DNA of 25,123 nt from positions 1 to 25,123 of IMG/VR virus record IMGVR_UViG_3300044637_000106. One strand, given 5' to 3'. Source of the DNA: a virus (Duplodnaviria; Caudoviricetes). The notes below the pieces were generated by a model. The model saw nothing but the letters and a program-made list of their open reading frames with translations, was not told where the DNA came from and did not search any database. This document shows positions 1 through 7,790 of the stretch, piece by piece (position 1 is the first letter of the stretch; each line of letters opens with the position of its first letter). Position numbers and translations under genes: made by a program.

Positions 1-2
1 TC

Positions 3-38
3 AACGTCACCAAACCCATCAAACCAAAAGGGAAATAA
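3..38 (+). CDS. 3' end of an upstream gene (partial, ...NVTKPIKPKGK*)
   Basis: Open frame from the window start to TAA 36-38, which overlaps the next ATG (TAATG coupling). Confidence 0.45.
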   Translation, partial: NVTKPIKPKGK

Positions 39-904
39 TGCGCATATATAAGAAAGGGGGGAAGTCGGATGAAAATCCACCCAAGCCAGCCCCTGCACCA
101 GATAGATTGAGATCTAGAGGACTGCCAGAGCAACCCCAACCAGAGTTTCAGACGAATACGCTGGGTAGATTGCAGCAGATGATGGAAGCTATGCAGAGAT
201 CCGACGTGCCTCGCGACTTTGGACCTAGGGCTACTAGAGAAGACGTGATTCAGTACCTCGCAAATAGGTACAATATGCCCGTTGAGGATGTAGCTGCTGA
301 TATGCCAGATCCTGTACGCACCTATGTCATGCCAAGAGCTGGAGGAGGAGGTAGCTTGGACCAAGGAGCCGTAGGTATGTACAACCGAAGACAGTTCTCT
401 GGCGAGAAGCGTAGAAACAATCCATTCGGAAATAAGAATATACTGGTTGCTGGGAACGAGGCTGACAACCCCTTCACGAGAAATGAAGAACTGATTCACT
501 CTATGCAGCCAAGAAACGAAACTGGATCGTTTGTGGACCAATACACCTATGCCGATTTGGTAGATCCCGTTCTTAAAAGACTTGCTGAAGTAGATGGGAT
601 TGATATGAGAGATCCAGAGGTGGCAGCAGACATCGCATACTCCTTTGATCCACAAGAGATGGAGGCTAAGATGATGACTCAGAAGATGATTCTTCGTAAC
701 GCAGGTATCATCGGAGAAGGAGAACTGACTGAAGAGGATCTCGACAATATGTACCTCTATGCAAACGATATGTATAGAAGCCCAGAAGAGCGTTCTAGAG
801 AAGGATCTTATGACCTTATCAGGCTTCTTGGAAGGCCAACAGACAATCGTTCTCAAGACCCAGAATACAGGGCAGCTCTTTTAAATCTGTTTAACAAACT
901 GTAA
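38..904 (+). CDS. Hypothetical protein with a zincin-like metallopeptidase motif variant
   Basis: 288 aa. EELIHSMQ (HExxH-like, first His replaced by Glu) followed by YSFDPQEMEA, the typical downstream third-ligand segment. Confidence 0.6.
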   Translation: MRIYKKGGKSDENPPKPAPAPDRLRSRGLPEQPQPEFQTNTLGRLQQMMEAMQRSDVPRDFGPRATREDVIQYLANRYNMPVEDVAADMPDPVRTYVMPRAGGGGSLDQGAVGMYNRRQFSGEKRRNNPFGNKNILVAGNEADNPFTRNEELIHSMQPRNETGSFVDQYTYADLVDPVLKRLAEVDGIDMRDPEVAADIAYSFDPQEMEAKMMTQKMILRNAGIIGEGELTEEDLDNMYLYANDMYRSPEERSREGSYDLIRLLGRPTDNRSQDPEYRAALLNLFNKL

Positions 905-912
905 TATATTTG
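905..912 (+). promoter_or_regulatory. Bacteroidota sigma-A -7 promoter element (TATATTTG)
   Basis: Exact TAnnTTTG match in an intergenic gap, 4 nt before ATG 917. Confidence 0.65.
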
Positions 913-916
913 TCTC

Positions 917-1309
917 ATGAAGTGTATGAAGAAATATGCCGACGGAGGCGTTGGTCCAAAAAGAAAGCGTGCAAACACAGGCATCAACTTTGATAGCGCC
1001 CCCAGCCTTAGGGATAGAGTATCAAATAAGCTTTACACGCCAAAATCATGTGGTGGGCTTGGGTTTACAAAAAAAGAACCACGACCCCCACAACAAGTTC
1101 AAATGGGTTCACCTGTTTCAGGTAACGGTAAACCACCAAAGGCCATCGATAGAAGCAGAATTGTCACTCCAAAAGAGCTTGAAAGACAGCGCGAGAAAGA
1201 AGCAAGACAGCAGAAAAGACAAGACCGTCGCTCTATGACTAGAGGAGAAAGAAAGGCTGCTGAACAAAAAGCCAAAGATCAGCGTTACGCAGGACCAAGA
1301 TTTTTGTAA
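917..1309 (+). CDS. Basic hypothetical protein (possible internal virion or DNA-binding protein)
   Basis: 130 aa, K/R-rich, N-terminal KKYADGG, C-terminal charged helix. Confidence 0.7.
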   Translation: MKCMKKYADGGVGPKRKRANTGINFDSAPSLRDRVSNKLYTPKSCGGLGFTKKEPRPPQQVQMGSPVSGNGKPPKAIDRSRIVTPKELERQREKEARQQKRQDRRSMTRGERKAAEQKAKDQRYAGPRFL

Positions 1310-1341
1310 TTATTATCAAATCATATAAAAAACCATAAGTC

Positions 1342-1725
1342 ATGAGAGTAGAGGTGTCATGGAAAGGAAAAAAAGATAAGAAAGATCCAGTTAAGAACTT
1401 ATCTAAAAGCGGTATGTCAAACCCCGTTGCAAAAAGCAGCCCAGCATTCGCTAAAGGCGGTGTTGTGGCCCCAGCCAAGAAGAACAAGAAAGAGCCAGTT
1501 AAAAACTTGGGTAAAAGCAGTCCAGCTTTTGAAAAAGGAGGAGTCATGAACGCAAAACCAAAGCACCCCGCCGTACGCAAGCAGAGCGTAGCAAGCAAAG
1601 TGGCATCAGCTGTCAAAGGGGCCGTCAAAGGCGCTGTGGCTGGTAAGACGAAACAACATCCTGCTATGCGTGCCAATAAAAAAGGCAATGCAAACATTGC
1701 GGCTAACAGAGCTAAAAAGAAGTAA
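1342..1725 (+). CDS. Very basic K/A-rich protein with internal duplication
   Basis: 127 aa. Two copies of KKxKKxPVKNLxKS...SSPAFxKGGV and two copies of HPAxR. Confidence 0.75.
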   Translation: MRVEVSWKGKKDKKDPVKNLSKSGMSNPVAKSSPAFAKGGVVAPAKKNKKEPVKNLGKSSPAFEKGGVMNAKPKHPAVRKQSVASKVASAVKGAVKGAVAGKTKQHPAMRANKKGNANIAANRAKKK

Positions 1726-1760
1726 TTTATACTGATTGGCCCTCTACACGTACTGTAAAC

Positions 1761-1789
1761 TTAAGGGGAGGGGCAACCCTCCCTTTTAA
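1761..1789 (+). terminator. Intrinsic terminator
   Basis: GGGAGGG-CAA-CCCTCCC hairpin followed by TTTT, downstream of the 1342-1725 gene. Confidence 0.75.
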
Positions 1790-1800
1790 CGTCAAATAAA

Positions 1801-2280
1801 ATGCAACTGAGTAAAAATCTTTACCTTAGCGAAGTCACAAAATCCCAGACTGCAATCCAGAAGGGGATCAAAAACGTGCCATCCAAAAAAGAAATAGAGA
1901 ACCTCAAAGCCATAGCTCAAAATGTATTTCAACCCCTACGAGATCACTTCAATGTACCGATCGGGATTTCGTCTGGATTTCGGAGCAAGGCGCTTAATGC
2001 TGCGGTTGGGGGCAGCAAGACTTCGGAGCATACGCAGGGCTGCGCCCTCGACCTTGATGCAGATATTTTTGGAGGCATCACAAACAAAGAGATTTTTGAC
2101 TTCGTCAAGAACAACCTCGAATTCAACCAGCTCATATGGGAGTTCGGGGACGACAAAAACCCAGACTGGGTACACGTCTCCTTCCAAGAAGGAAACAACA
2201 GGAAGCAAGTCCTGAAGGCTTACAAAGAAAAATTAAACACAGGTAAGAAAGTCACCACATACGTTTACTACAATGGCTAA
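1801..2280 (+). CDS. Peptidase M15A (D-Ala-D-Ala peptidase fold), probable endolysin
   Basis: Motifs SGFRS..LN..VGGS..SEH..G.A.D and WVHVS match M15 Zn-peptidases. Confidence 0.9.
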   Translation: MQLSKNLYLSEVTKSQTAIQKGIKNVPSKKEIENLKAIAQNVFQPLRDHFNVPIGISSGFRSKALNAAVGGSKTSEHTQGCALDLDADIFGGITNKEIFDFVKNNLEFNQLIWEFGDDKNPDWVHVSFQEGNNRKQVLKAYKEKLNTGKKVTTYVYYNG

Positions 2281-2401
2281 GATCAACTCCACTAAAATCC
2301 AATTGAACAGCAAGAAGTGTCAAGGATCGCACAGCAAATCCCATTCTTCGAATCCGAACTCGAAGATGTACAAGAAAGCGTACAGGGGTCAGGGACGCTG
2401 A
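2273..2401 (+). CDS. 42-aa basic phage protein ending YKKAYRGQGR (absent from the ORF track)
   Basis: Manual translation: MAKINSTKIQLNSKKCQGSHSKSHSSNPNSKMYKKAYRGQGR*. Start overlaps the endolysin end. The YRGQG C-terminus is a motif I recognise from small phage proteins. Confidence 0.75.
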   Translation: MAKINSTKIQLNSKKCQGSHSKSHSSNPNSKMYKKAYRGQGR

Positions 2402-2826
2402 GCAGCGATATCCCTGTAGTAGGACTCTATGATACGCATGGCCTGGGCGGTGAGGGCATATCTGACCCTGTAGTTCATCTTATGTTCCTCCCTGAACATA
2501 GCGTCTTCGTGGGTTCTTGACGGGGTGAGCTTCTCGAAATACTTGAAGATAAACCCCTTTGTTTTCAGAGGCTGCACACACCTGTTGTATATGACACGCT
2601 TGTTCCACTTCATATCTTTAGAGGCGTAATCCAGCGTGAAGAACTCCAGATCGTATGCCCACGTCATGAACCCAAGCATGGGGAGATTCAGTTCATACTT
2701 TTTCTGGTAGGCAGCGGTAACAACCCTGTAGTTCTTCATAACATTGCGCTCCCTGTATTGCTTATCTTTATGCAGGAAGTCTCGGAACATACTTTCACGT
2801 TTAACACTTGAATTCTTTTTTGCCAT
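2389..2826 (-). CDS. Winged-helix/MarR-like putative DNA-binding protein
   Basis: Likely start MAKKNSS at 2826. Basic; helix-turn-helix-like segment followed by L..KGFI.K and R.RYALT..A wing pattern. Only convincing minus-strand gene in the window. Confidence 0.6.
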   Translation of the reverse strand: MAKKNSSVKRESMFRDFLHKDKQYRERNVMKNYRVVTAAYQKKYELNLPMLGFMTWAYDLEFFTLDYASKDMKWNKRVIYNRCVQPLKTKGFIFKYFEKLTPSRTHEDAMFREEHKMNYRVRYALTAQAMRIIESYYRDIAAQRP

Positions 2827-3130
2827 GACGAACGATGTTATAAAGCACGCATTTATGTTGGAGGCTAGCAGATTGCTCAAGAAGCTTGACTCTTTGATCG
2901 ACAAGTACGACTTGCGCGATGAAGTTCTCGTGGCATCTATGGTGGGGGTTCAGGTCAAGGAACACGAAGACGATGAAGAGTACGGGATCAATTCTTTCTT
3001 TACGTTCAACATCGCGGATCTCGACGAACTCGAACTCGTAATGATGAACATGATGGAAGTGTACAACGACAAAAATATAGACAAAGGTCTCAGCGACCTG
3101 CTAAACCCTATGGGTATATCTCTGAACTGA
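2825..3130 (+). CDS. Acidic hypothetical protein
   Basis: Probable ATG at 2825 (track start 2744 is a non-ATG extension). Stop overlaps the next start (TGATG). Confidence 0.7.
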   Translation: MTNDVIKHAFMLEASRLLKKLDSLIDKYDLRDEVLVASMVGVQVKEHEDDEEYGINSFFTFNIADLDELELVMMNMMEVYNDKNIDKGLSDLLNPMGISLN

Positions 3131-3375
3131 TGGAAGGACTTATCAGAAAGATCACCGTAGGGCGTGATCCGAAGAACGCTATGGTGTACTTCGTAGGCAT
3201 GAAGGCTGGCAGAGGAGATAGCCATGTTACGGCTATAGTATTTGATTTAGAATGGCTGCACGTGCATGGGAAGGAACGCTACTATGTATATTTGCAGCAG
3301 GAAGATATGTCGCAAGTAGTCTGGAAGACAGTTGTAGATATGCCTTGCATAATTGAATACGATTTGAATTTTTAA
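3130..3375 (+). CDS. Hypothetical phage protein
   Basis: 81 aa, beta-rich pattern, translationally coupled on both sides. Confidence 0.75.
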   Translation: MEGLIRKITVGRDPKNAMVYFVGMKAGRGDSHVTAIVFDLEWLHVHGKERYYVYLQQEDMSQVVWKTVVDMPCIIEYDLNF

Positions 3376-3533
3376 TGGAAAACACAGAAAGCAAAGGACT
3401 AGGGGACACCATCGCGAAGGTGACCCAGGCCACAGGGCTAGACAAGCTAGTCCACAAGATGGCTGGGAAGGACTGCGGATGTAAGCAGAGACAGGAAAAG
3501 CTGAACGTAAAGTTCCCGTACAGGAAGGCATGA
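3375..3533 (+). CDS. 52-aa phage protein with GLGD...DCGC..RQEKLN..FPY motif (absent from the ORF track)
   Basis: Manual translation: MENTESKGLGDTIAKVTQATGLDKLVHKMAGKDCGCKQRQEKLNVKFPYRKA*. Fills the gap exactly, with TAATG and ATGA overlaps. Confidence 0.8.
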   Translation: MENTESKGLGDTIAKVTQATGLDKLVHKMAGKDCGCKQRQEKLNVKFPYRKA

Positions 3534-4114
3534 GGGCATACGACAACTTTATCGTGTTCATTGAAAAGCGTTTCAATGACACAATCACCATGTCCAACGG
3601 TCAGGAGCTGTACATGGATACGAAGTTTGACGAGTTCAAGCACAGGGTTAATGAAGGGGTGGTTGTAGGAACGCCGTTTAAGCACGAAACCCCCGTACAG
3701 GAAGGCGATACCCTATACTTCCACCACCTCGTAGTGATCAACGAAGGTCAGCCGCTGACTGGAAAGGACAACCACTACCTCGTCAAGTACAATAAAAAGG
3801 AGACGATTAACAGTCAGTGCATCTGCTACAAGTCTAAAGAGACAGGTGAGGTATTTCCTCTGAGCGGATGGGCAATCCTAGAGCCTGTCGAAGAAGCTCC
3901 CAAACTGAAGTCCGATATCATAGAAATCGTAACTCTAGAAGAACCGCTTCCAACCAAGGGCATGGTTTCGTTTGACTCTGAAGAGTTAGAAGAGCTGGGG
4001 TTGAAGACGGGCGATGTGGTAGGGTTTAGGAAGAATATGGATTACAGGTTCAAGATCGATGGCAAAGAATACTACCGAACCAGAAGCGAAGACCTCCTCT
4101 ACGTCGAAGTTTAA
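3530..4114 (+). CDS. Tandem GroES/Cpn10-like co-chaperonin protein
   Basis: Two GroES-like units: GVVVGTP..VQEGDTLYF and GMV..LGLKTGDVVGF..FKIDGKEYYRTRSEDLL. Confidence 0.7.
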   Translation: MRAYDNFIVFIEKRFNDTITMSNGQELYMDTKFDEFKHRVNEGVVVGTPFKHETPVQEGDTLYFHHLVVINEGQPLTGKDNHYLVKYNKKETINSQCICYKSKETGEVFPLSGWAILEPVEEAPKLKSDIIEIVTLEEPLPTKGMVSFDSEELEELGLKTGDVVGFRKNMDYRFKIDGKEYYRTRSEDLLYVEV

Positions 4115-4385
4115 TACCGTAGACGCTATAGATAGGTTGATGATGAGTATGCAAGATGCCATCGACAACATGATCGACGAGATCAGAAAGCCTGTGGACC
4201 CCGAAGCAGGTGGGGCCGCGCGTAAGGCAGAACTTCAGTCTATTAAACAGACGGCTATGGATTGCCAAGAACTGATTAAGAAGTACGCCGAACTGGACGA
4301 CATGAAGAAGCAGATGGCCGACACAGGCACTGTAAAGGAAGACAGGGACTACACAGCTGGATTCGCAGAAAGATTTAAAAAATGA
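4059..4385 (+). CDS. Helical hypothetical protein (possible terminase small subunit, unproven)
   Basis: 108 aa, all-helical/coiled-coil pattern, ends GFAERFKK. ATGA coupling to the next gene. Confidence 0.6.
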   Translation: MAKNTTEPEAKTSSTSKFNTVDAIDRLMMSMQDAIDNMIDEIRKPVDPEAGGAARKAELQSIKQTAMDCQELIKKYAELDDMKKQMADTGTVKEDRDYTAGFAERFKK

Positions 4386-5020
4386 ATAGATTTGATTTGA
4401 TTAACGAAATCATCTCCATCAATGGATTTGATAAGTACTTGGAGATTGGGGTGTTTCATCCGAGCATTTGTTTCGACAAGATCGTTTGCGATAAGAAGAC
4501 TGGTGTAGACCCAGGAATAGAAAACCCAGATAATCCAGTAGACTATAAAGTGACATCTGATGTGTTCTTTTCTATGCTTGAGTCTGGTGACACGGAGTTT
4601 GAAAAGGATCACAAATGGGATGTGATTTTTATTGATGGCCTTCACCTTGCAGACCAGGTATACAAGGACATCATCAACTCTATCAATCACATTTCTGATA
4701 AGGGTGTCATCGTCATGCATGATTGTTTGCCACCTAACTCGTTTTATGCAAGAGAGGATTATGCGATTAACGGAGAGTTTTATCCATGGAACGGAACTAC
4801 GTGGAAGGCTTACTACAAGGCTCTTACGGAACTCAGCTATGTAGATGTTTGCGTGTACAACTCTGACTGGGGTCTGGGCCTAATCAAGAAGTGTAAGCGC
4901 CGACGTTTACCAAAGAAGAACAATCCGTTCTACGAATACAACGTGATGGCTATGGATTACGTGAACGAGATGAACGTAGTAGACCACAATAACCTAATAA
5001 AATTTATTACAAATGGCTAG
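4382..5020 (+). CDS. Class I SAM-dependent methyltransferase (Methyltransf_24-like, likely sugar O-methyltransferase)
   Basis: Motifs YLEIGV, GVDP, DVIFIDGLH, GVIVMHD. Confidence 0.85.
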   Translation: MNRFDLINEIISINGFDKYLEIGVFHPSICFDKIVCDKKTGVDPGIENPDNPVDYKVTSDVFFSMLESGDTEFEKDHKWDVIFIDGLHLADQVYKDIINSINHISDKGVIVMHDCLPPNSFYAREDYAINGEFYPWNGTTWKAYYKALTELSYVDVCVYNSDWGLGLIKKCKRRRLPKKNNPFYEYNVMAMDYVNEMNVVDHNNLIKFITNG

Positions 5021-6140
5021 TTTGTGCCTTGTCATGATCGTCAAAGACGAAGAAGACACGATTGAACGGTGTATCGACAGTGTTGCAAAGTATATTGATC
5101 ACTGGGTAATTGTAGATACTGGTTCTAAGGACGACACCATTGCCAAAATCCATGAGGTTATGGCGAAGCACAACATCCCTGGCACGTTATACGAACGCCC
5201 ATGGGTGAACTTTGGTCATAACAGGACAGAGAGTTTAACGTTGGCTCAAGGCATTTGTGACTATCGATTTGTCATGGATGCAGACGATACATTTGAATCG
5301 TTTGTAGACAACCCATTTGAAGGAATGGACACGACAAAAGACTCGTACCACCTTCATTTAGAGTTAGCTGGTATTAGATATACCCGTTCCATGTTGATGC
5401 GTTCTGATCAAGAATGGGAATATGTAGGGGTAATACATGAGTATCCATACCCTAAAAGTAAGGTAGCTCCCAGTACTGGATATATTGAAGGATGTTTAAT
5501 TCATGCTCAGATATCACCACTCAAAAGAGCAAAGTCTGTAAAGGATAAATACGCCAAGGATGCTAAAGTTTTGGAAAATGCTTTAAAGGACGAACCACAA
5601 AACGACAGATACGTTTTTTATTTAGCTCAGTCTTACTTTGACTCTCAACAATACAAGAAGGCCAAGCTTAATTACTTGAAGCGTTCTAAGATGAAGGGAT
5701 GGGATGAAGAGGTTTACATCTCTTTGTTTAGGGCTGCATTGTGTTCTATGATTCTTGAAGAGGATCAAGACAAGGTTATGAAAAACTTTAGTCTGGCATG
5801 GGAGAATAGGCCATTTAGACTAGAGGCTGCATATCATATAGTTAAGAAGCTTCGAGAAGATCAGAGATATGTGATGGCATTCACATATGCTAACATGGCT
5901 ATGCAGAACTTCCTAAACTACCCACACAAGGACGCTTTGTTCTATGACACAAAGATCCACGATTGGATGTTCCTAGACGAGTATTGTATGGCTGCTTACT
6001 ATGTAGGTCAAAAAGAATTGGCTAAGGTGAATATGGATGAGTTCTTTAAAACAGACATATATAGCGGCTTGCCAACAAATGAAAAAGAAAGGCTTCAGAA
6101 AAACTACGAATTCTATGTAAATGCCAAGGAAAATAGTTGA
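5013..6140 (+). CDS. GT2 glycosyltransferase with C-terminal TPR-like repeats
   Basis: LCLVMIVKDEE..IERCIDSV, VIVDTGSKDDT, MDADD (DxD), GVIHE, then FYLAQSY-type TPR helices. Confidence 0.9.
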   Translation: MASLCLVMIVKDEEDTIERCIDSVAKYIDHWVIVDTGSKDDTIAKIHEVMAKHNIPGTLYERPWVNFGHNRTESLTLAQGICDYRFVMDADDTFESFVDNPFEGMDTTKDSYHLHLELAGIRYTRSMLMRSDQEWEYVGVIHEYPYPKSKVAPSTGYIEGCLIHAQISPLKRAKSVKDKYAKDAKVLENALKDEPQNDRYVFYLAQSYFDSQQYKKAKLNYLKRSKMKGWDEEVYISLFRAALCSMILEEDQDKVMKNFSLAWENRPFRLEAAYHIVKKLREDQRYVMAFTYANMAMQNFLNYPHKDALFYDTKIHDWMFLDEYCMAAYYVGQKELAKVNMDEFFKTDIYSGLPTNEKERLQKNYEFYVNAKENS

Positions 6141-6885
6141 TTGCTTTACGTTTTACAACGAATATAAAATGTTAAAGTTCAGGCTTACTGAGCTTTACGA
6201 CACTGTTGATTATTTTGTAATCGTAGAGGCCGACAAGACATTTGTTGGCGCTAATAAAGAAATGAATTTCTTGAAGATCGAGGAAGATATAAAGCAGTTC
6301 CTTGATAAAGTCATCTACATACAAGTCACTGATATGCCTATTGGGGATGACGCATGGGCAAGAGAAAGGCATCAAAGAAATTGTATTTCAAGGGGTTTAG
6401 ATGTGTTAAACCTTGATGACGAAGACATAGTGACTATAACTGATTGTGATGAGATACCAGATCCAGGGTGTTTAAAACATCTCATGAATCATTTAATTAT
6501 GCAGCCAATTTCATTGTGTCAGGATCTATATTACTATAATTTAAACACTAGGTTTAAACGTAAATGGTATCACTCCAAGTTAGTTACATATGGATTATTT
6601 AAAGTTTATGGCGGGGCTGAAAACATAAGAATGTCTAGTTCTACACATTCAGTTGAAAGTGGAGGTTGGCATTTTTCTTATTTCGGTGATGTAAAAATGA
6701 TTCAGAATAAACTAGAAAATTTTTCTCACCAAGAATTCAATACAGAAGAGTTTACCAGCGAAGAGAACATTAAGGAGGCTATATCAGGTCACAGGGATTT
6801 ATTTAAACGAGATGGACTTGATTACGAGTTTGTAGACATAAAAGACAACTCATATCTCCCTGAAAATTATAAAATGCTACTTTGA
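6121..6885 (+). CDS. GT17 family (MGAT3-like beta-1,4-GlcNAc transferase) glycosyltransferase
   Basis: DCFTFYNE..ML..RL.EL...VDYFVIVE, WARE..QR, DCDEIP and GGWHFSYFG are characteristic GT17 motifs. Confidence 0.85.
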   Translation: MPRKIVDCFTFYNEYKMLKFRLTELYDTVDYFVIVEADKTFVGANKEMNFLKIEEDIKQFLDKVIYIQVTDMPIGDDAWARERHQRNCISRGLDVLNLDDEDIVTITDCDEIPDPGCLKHLMNHLIMQPISLCQDLYYYNLNTRFKRKWYHSKLVTYGLFKVYGGAENIRMSSSTHSVESGGWHFSYFGDVKMIQNKLENFSHQEFNTEEFTSEENIKEAISGHRDLFKRDGLDYEFVDIKDNSYLPENYKMLL

Positions 6886-7598
6886 TGTACAGTTTTGTAA
6901 TCCCTACGATGTGGATGTCCAACAGGCTCTCTTATATGTTAGAGCAGTATGAGGCAGATGACAATGTGCAAGAGGTGATTATCATAGACAACAAAACGGA
7001 ATCTGCTATAGATCTCTCTCCTTACAAGAAGGTTGTACATCTTCCTCAAGAGAAGAATATCTTCGTGAATCCCGCTTGGAATCTCGGAGTAAGTGTTGCT
7101 AAGTCAGAGTATGTTGCCATATGCAATGACGACATTACGTTCGACAGCAAGTATTTGAATGAGTTCCTGTTGAATGAGATAAAAGATGGTATAATTGGAA
7201 CGCATCCTGTGTCATTCTATCAAGGTCACGATGTGATCTCTATAGAAGATGGCAGTCACGTAGGATATGGGTGGGGGGTATTGATGTACATGAAGAAGGA
7301 AAACTATATCCCAATTCCAGACGAGTTTAAGATCTGGTTTGGTGACGATATTTTAGCGTTAAACTCTGGAAATGTGAGGAGTTTCATCACTAACATTGCC
7401 ACGGAGATGTCCACTACAAGCAGTAAGGAGTTCGCAAACAAAACAATACATGATGATGTATTAAATTTGTTGCAACTCACTAGGAGGTTCAACGTCTATG
7501 AAAGCGACAAAAAGGAATTACAAGGAAGAATACGAGAAGTATGGTTCAACGGATTCCGCGAAGAAGTACAGAGCAGAGTTGAATCGCTACAACCGTAG
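6885..7598 (+). CDS. GT2 family glycosyltransferase
   Basis: SFVIPT, VIIIDN, NPAWN.GV..AK.EYV.I.NDDI, WFGDD. ATG 6885 is coupled to the upstream stop. Confidence 0.85.
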   Translation: MYSFVIPTMWMSNRLSYMLEQYEADDNVQEVIIIDNKTESAIDLSPYKKVVHLPQEKNIFVNPAWNLGVSVAKSEYVAICNDDITFDSKYLNEFLLNEIKDGIIGTHPVSFYQGHDVISIEDGSHVGYGWGVLMYMKKENYIPIPDEFKIWFGDDILALNSGNVRSFITNIATEMSTTSSKEFANKTIHDDVLNLLQLTRRFNVYESDKKELQGRIREVWFNGFREEVQSRVESLQP

Positions 7599-7725
7599 AA
7601 AAGGAAATTACGGGAATGGTGATGGAAAAGATGCTGCTCATGCATCTAATGGAATGATCGTTGGGTATCTTAGCGCCTCGAAGAACAGAGCCAACAACCG
7701 ACCAAAGAACCCAAACAGTAAATAA
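7498..7725 (+). CDS. Small basic HNH-endonuclease-like protein (possibly degenerate)
   Basis: RNYKEEY..Y...RA..N...R...GDGKDAAH...S.S.NR pattern of small phage HNH proteins. Confidence 0.6.
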   Translation: MKATKRNYKEEYEKYGSTDSAKKYRAELNRYNRRKGNYGNGDGKDAAHASNGMIVGYLSASKNRANNRPKNPNSK

Positions 7726-7764
7726 ACTCCTTTAGATCAGCTGGTTAAAGTACAGCAGGGAGTA
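7726..7764 (+). pseudogene. Possible internally deleted tRNA remnant (acceptor stem plus D-arm-like sequence)
   Basis: ACTCCTT-TA-GATCAGCTGGTTAAAG...AGGGAGT-A. The 7-bp acceptor-like stem pairs; no anticodon or T arm. Confidence 0.3.
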
Positions 7765-7790
7765 TAACAAGAACGGAAACCCTCAAAGAT

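Noticed and set aside
4382-5020. DNA methyltransferase or restriction-modification system
   Set aside because: Lacks DPPY/NPPY or PC catalytic motifs; the IDGLH/HD motifs and GT context fit a small-molecule or sugar methyltransferase.
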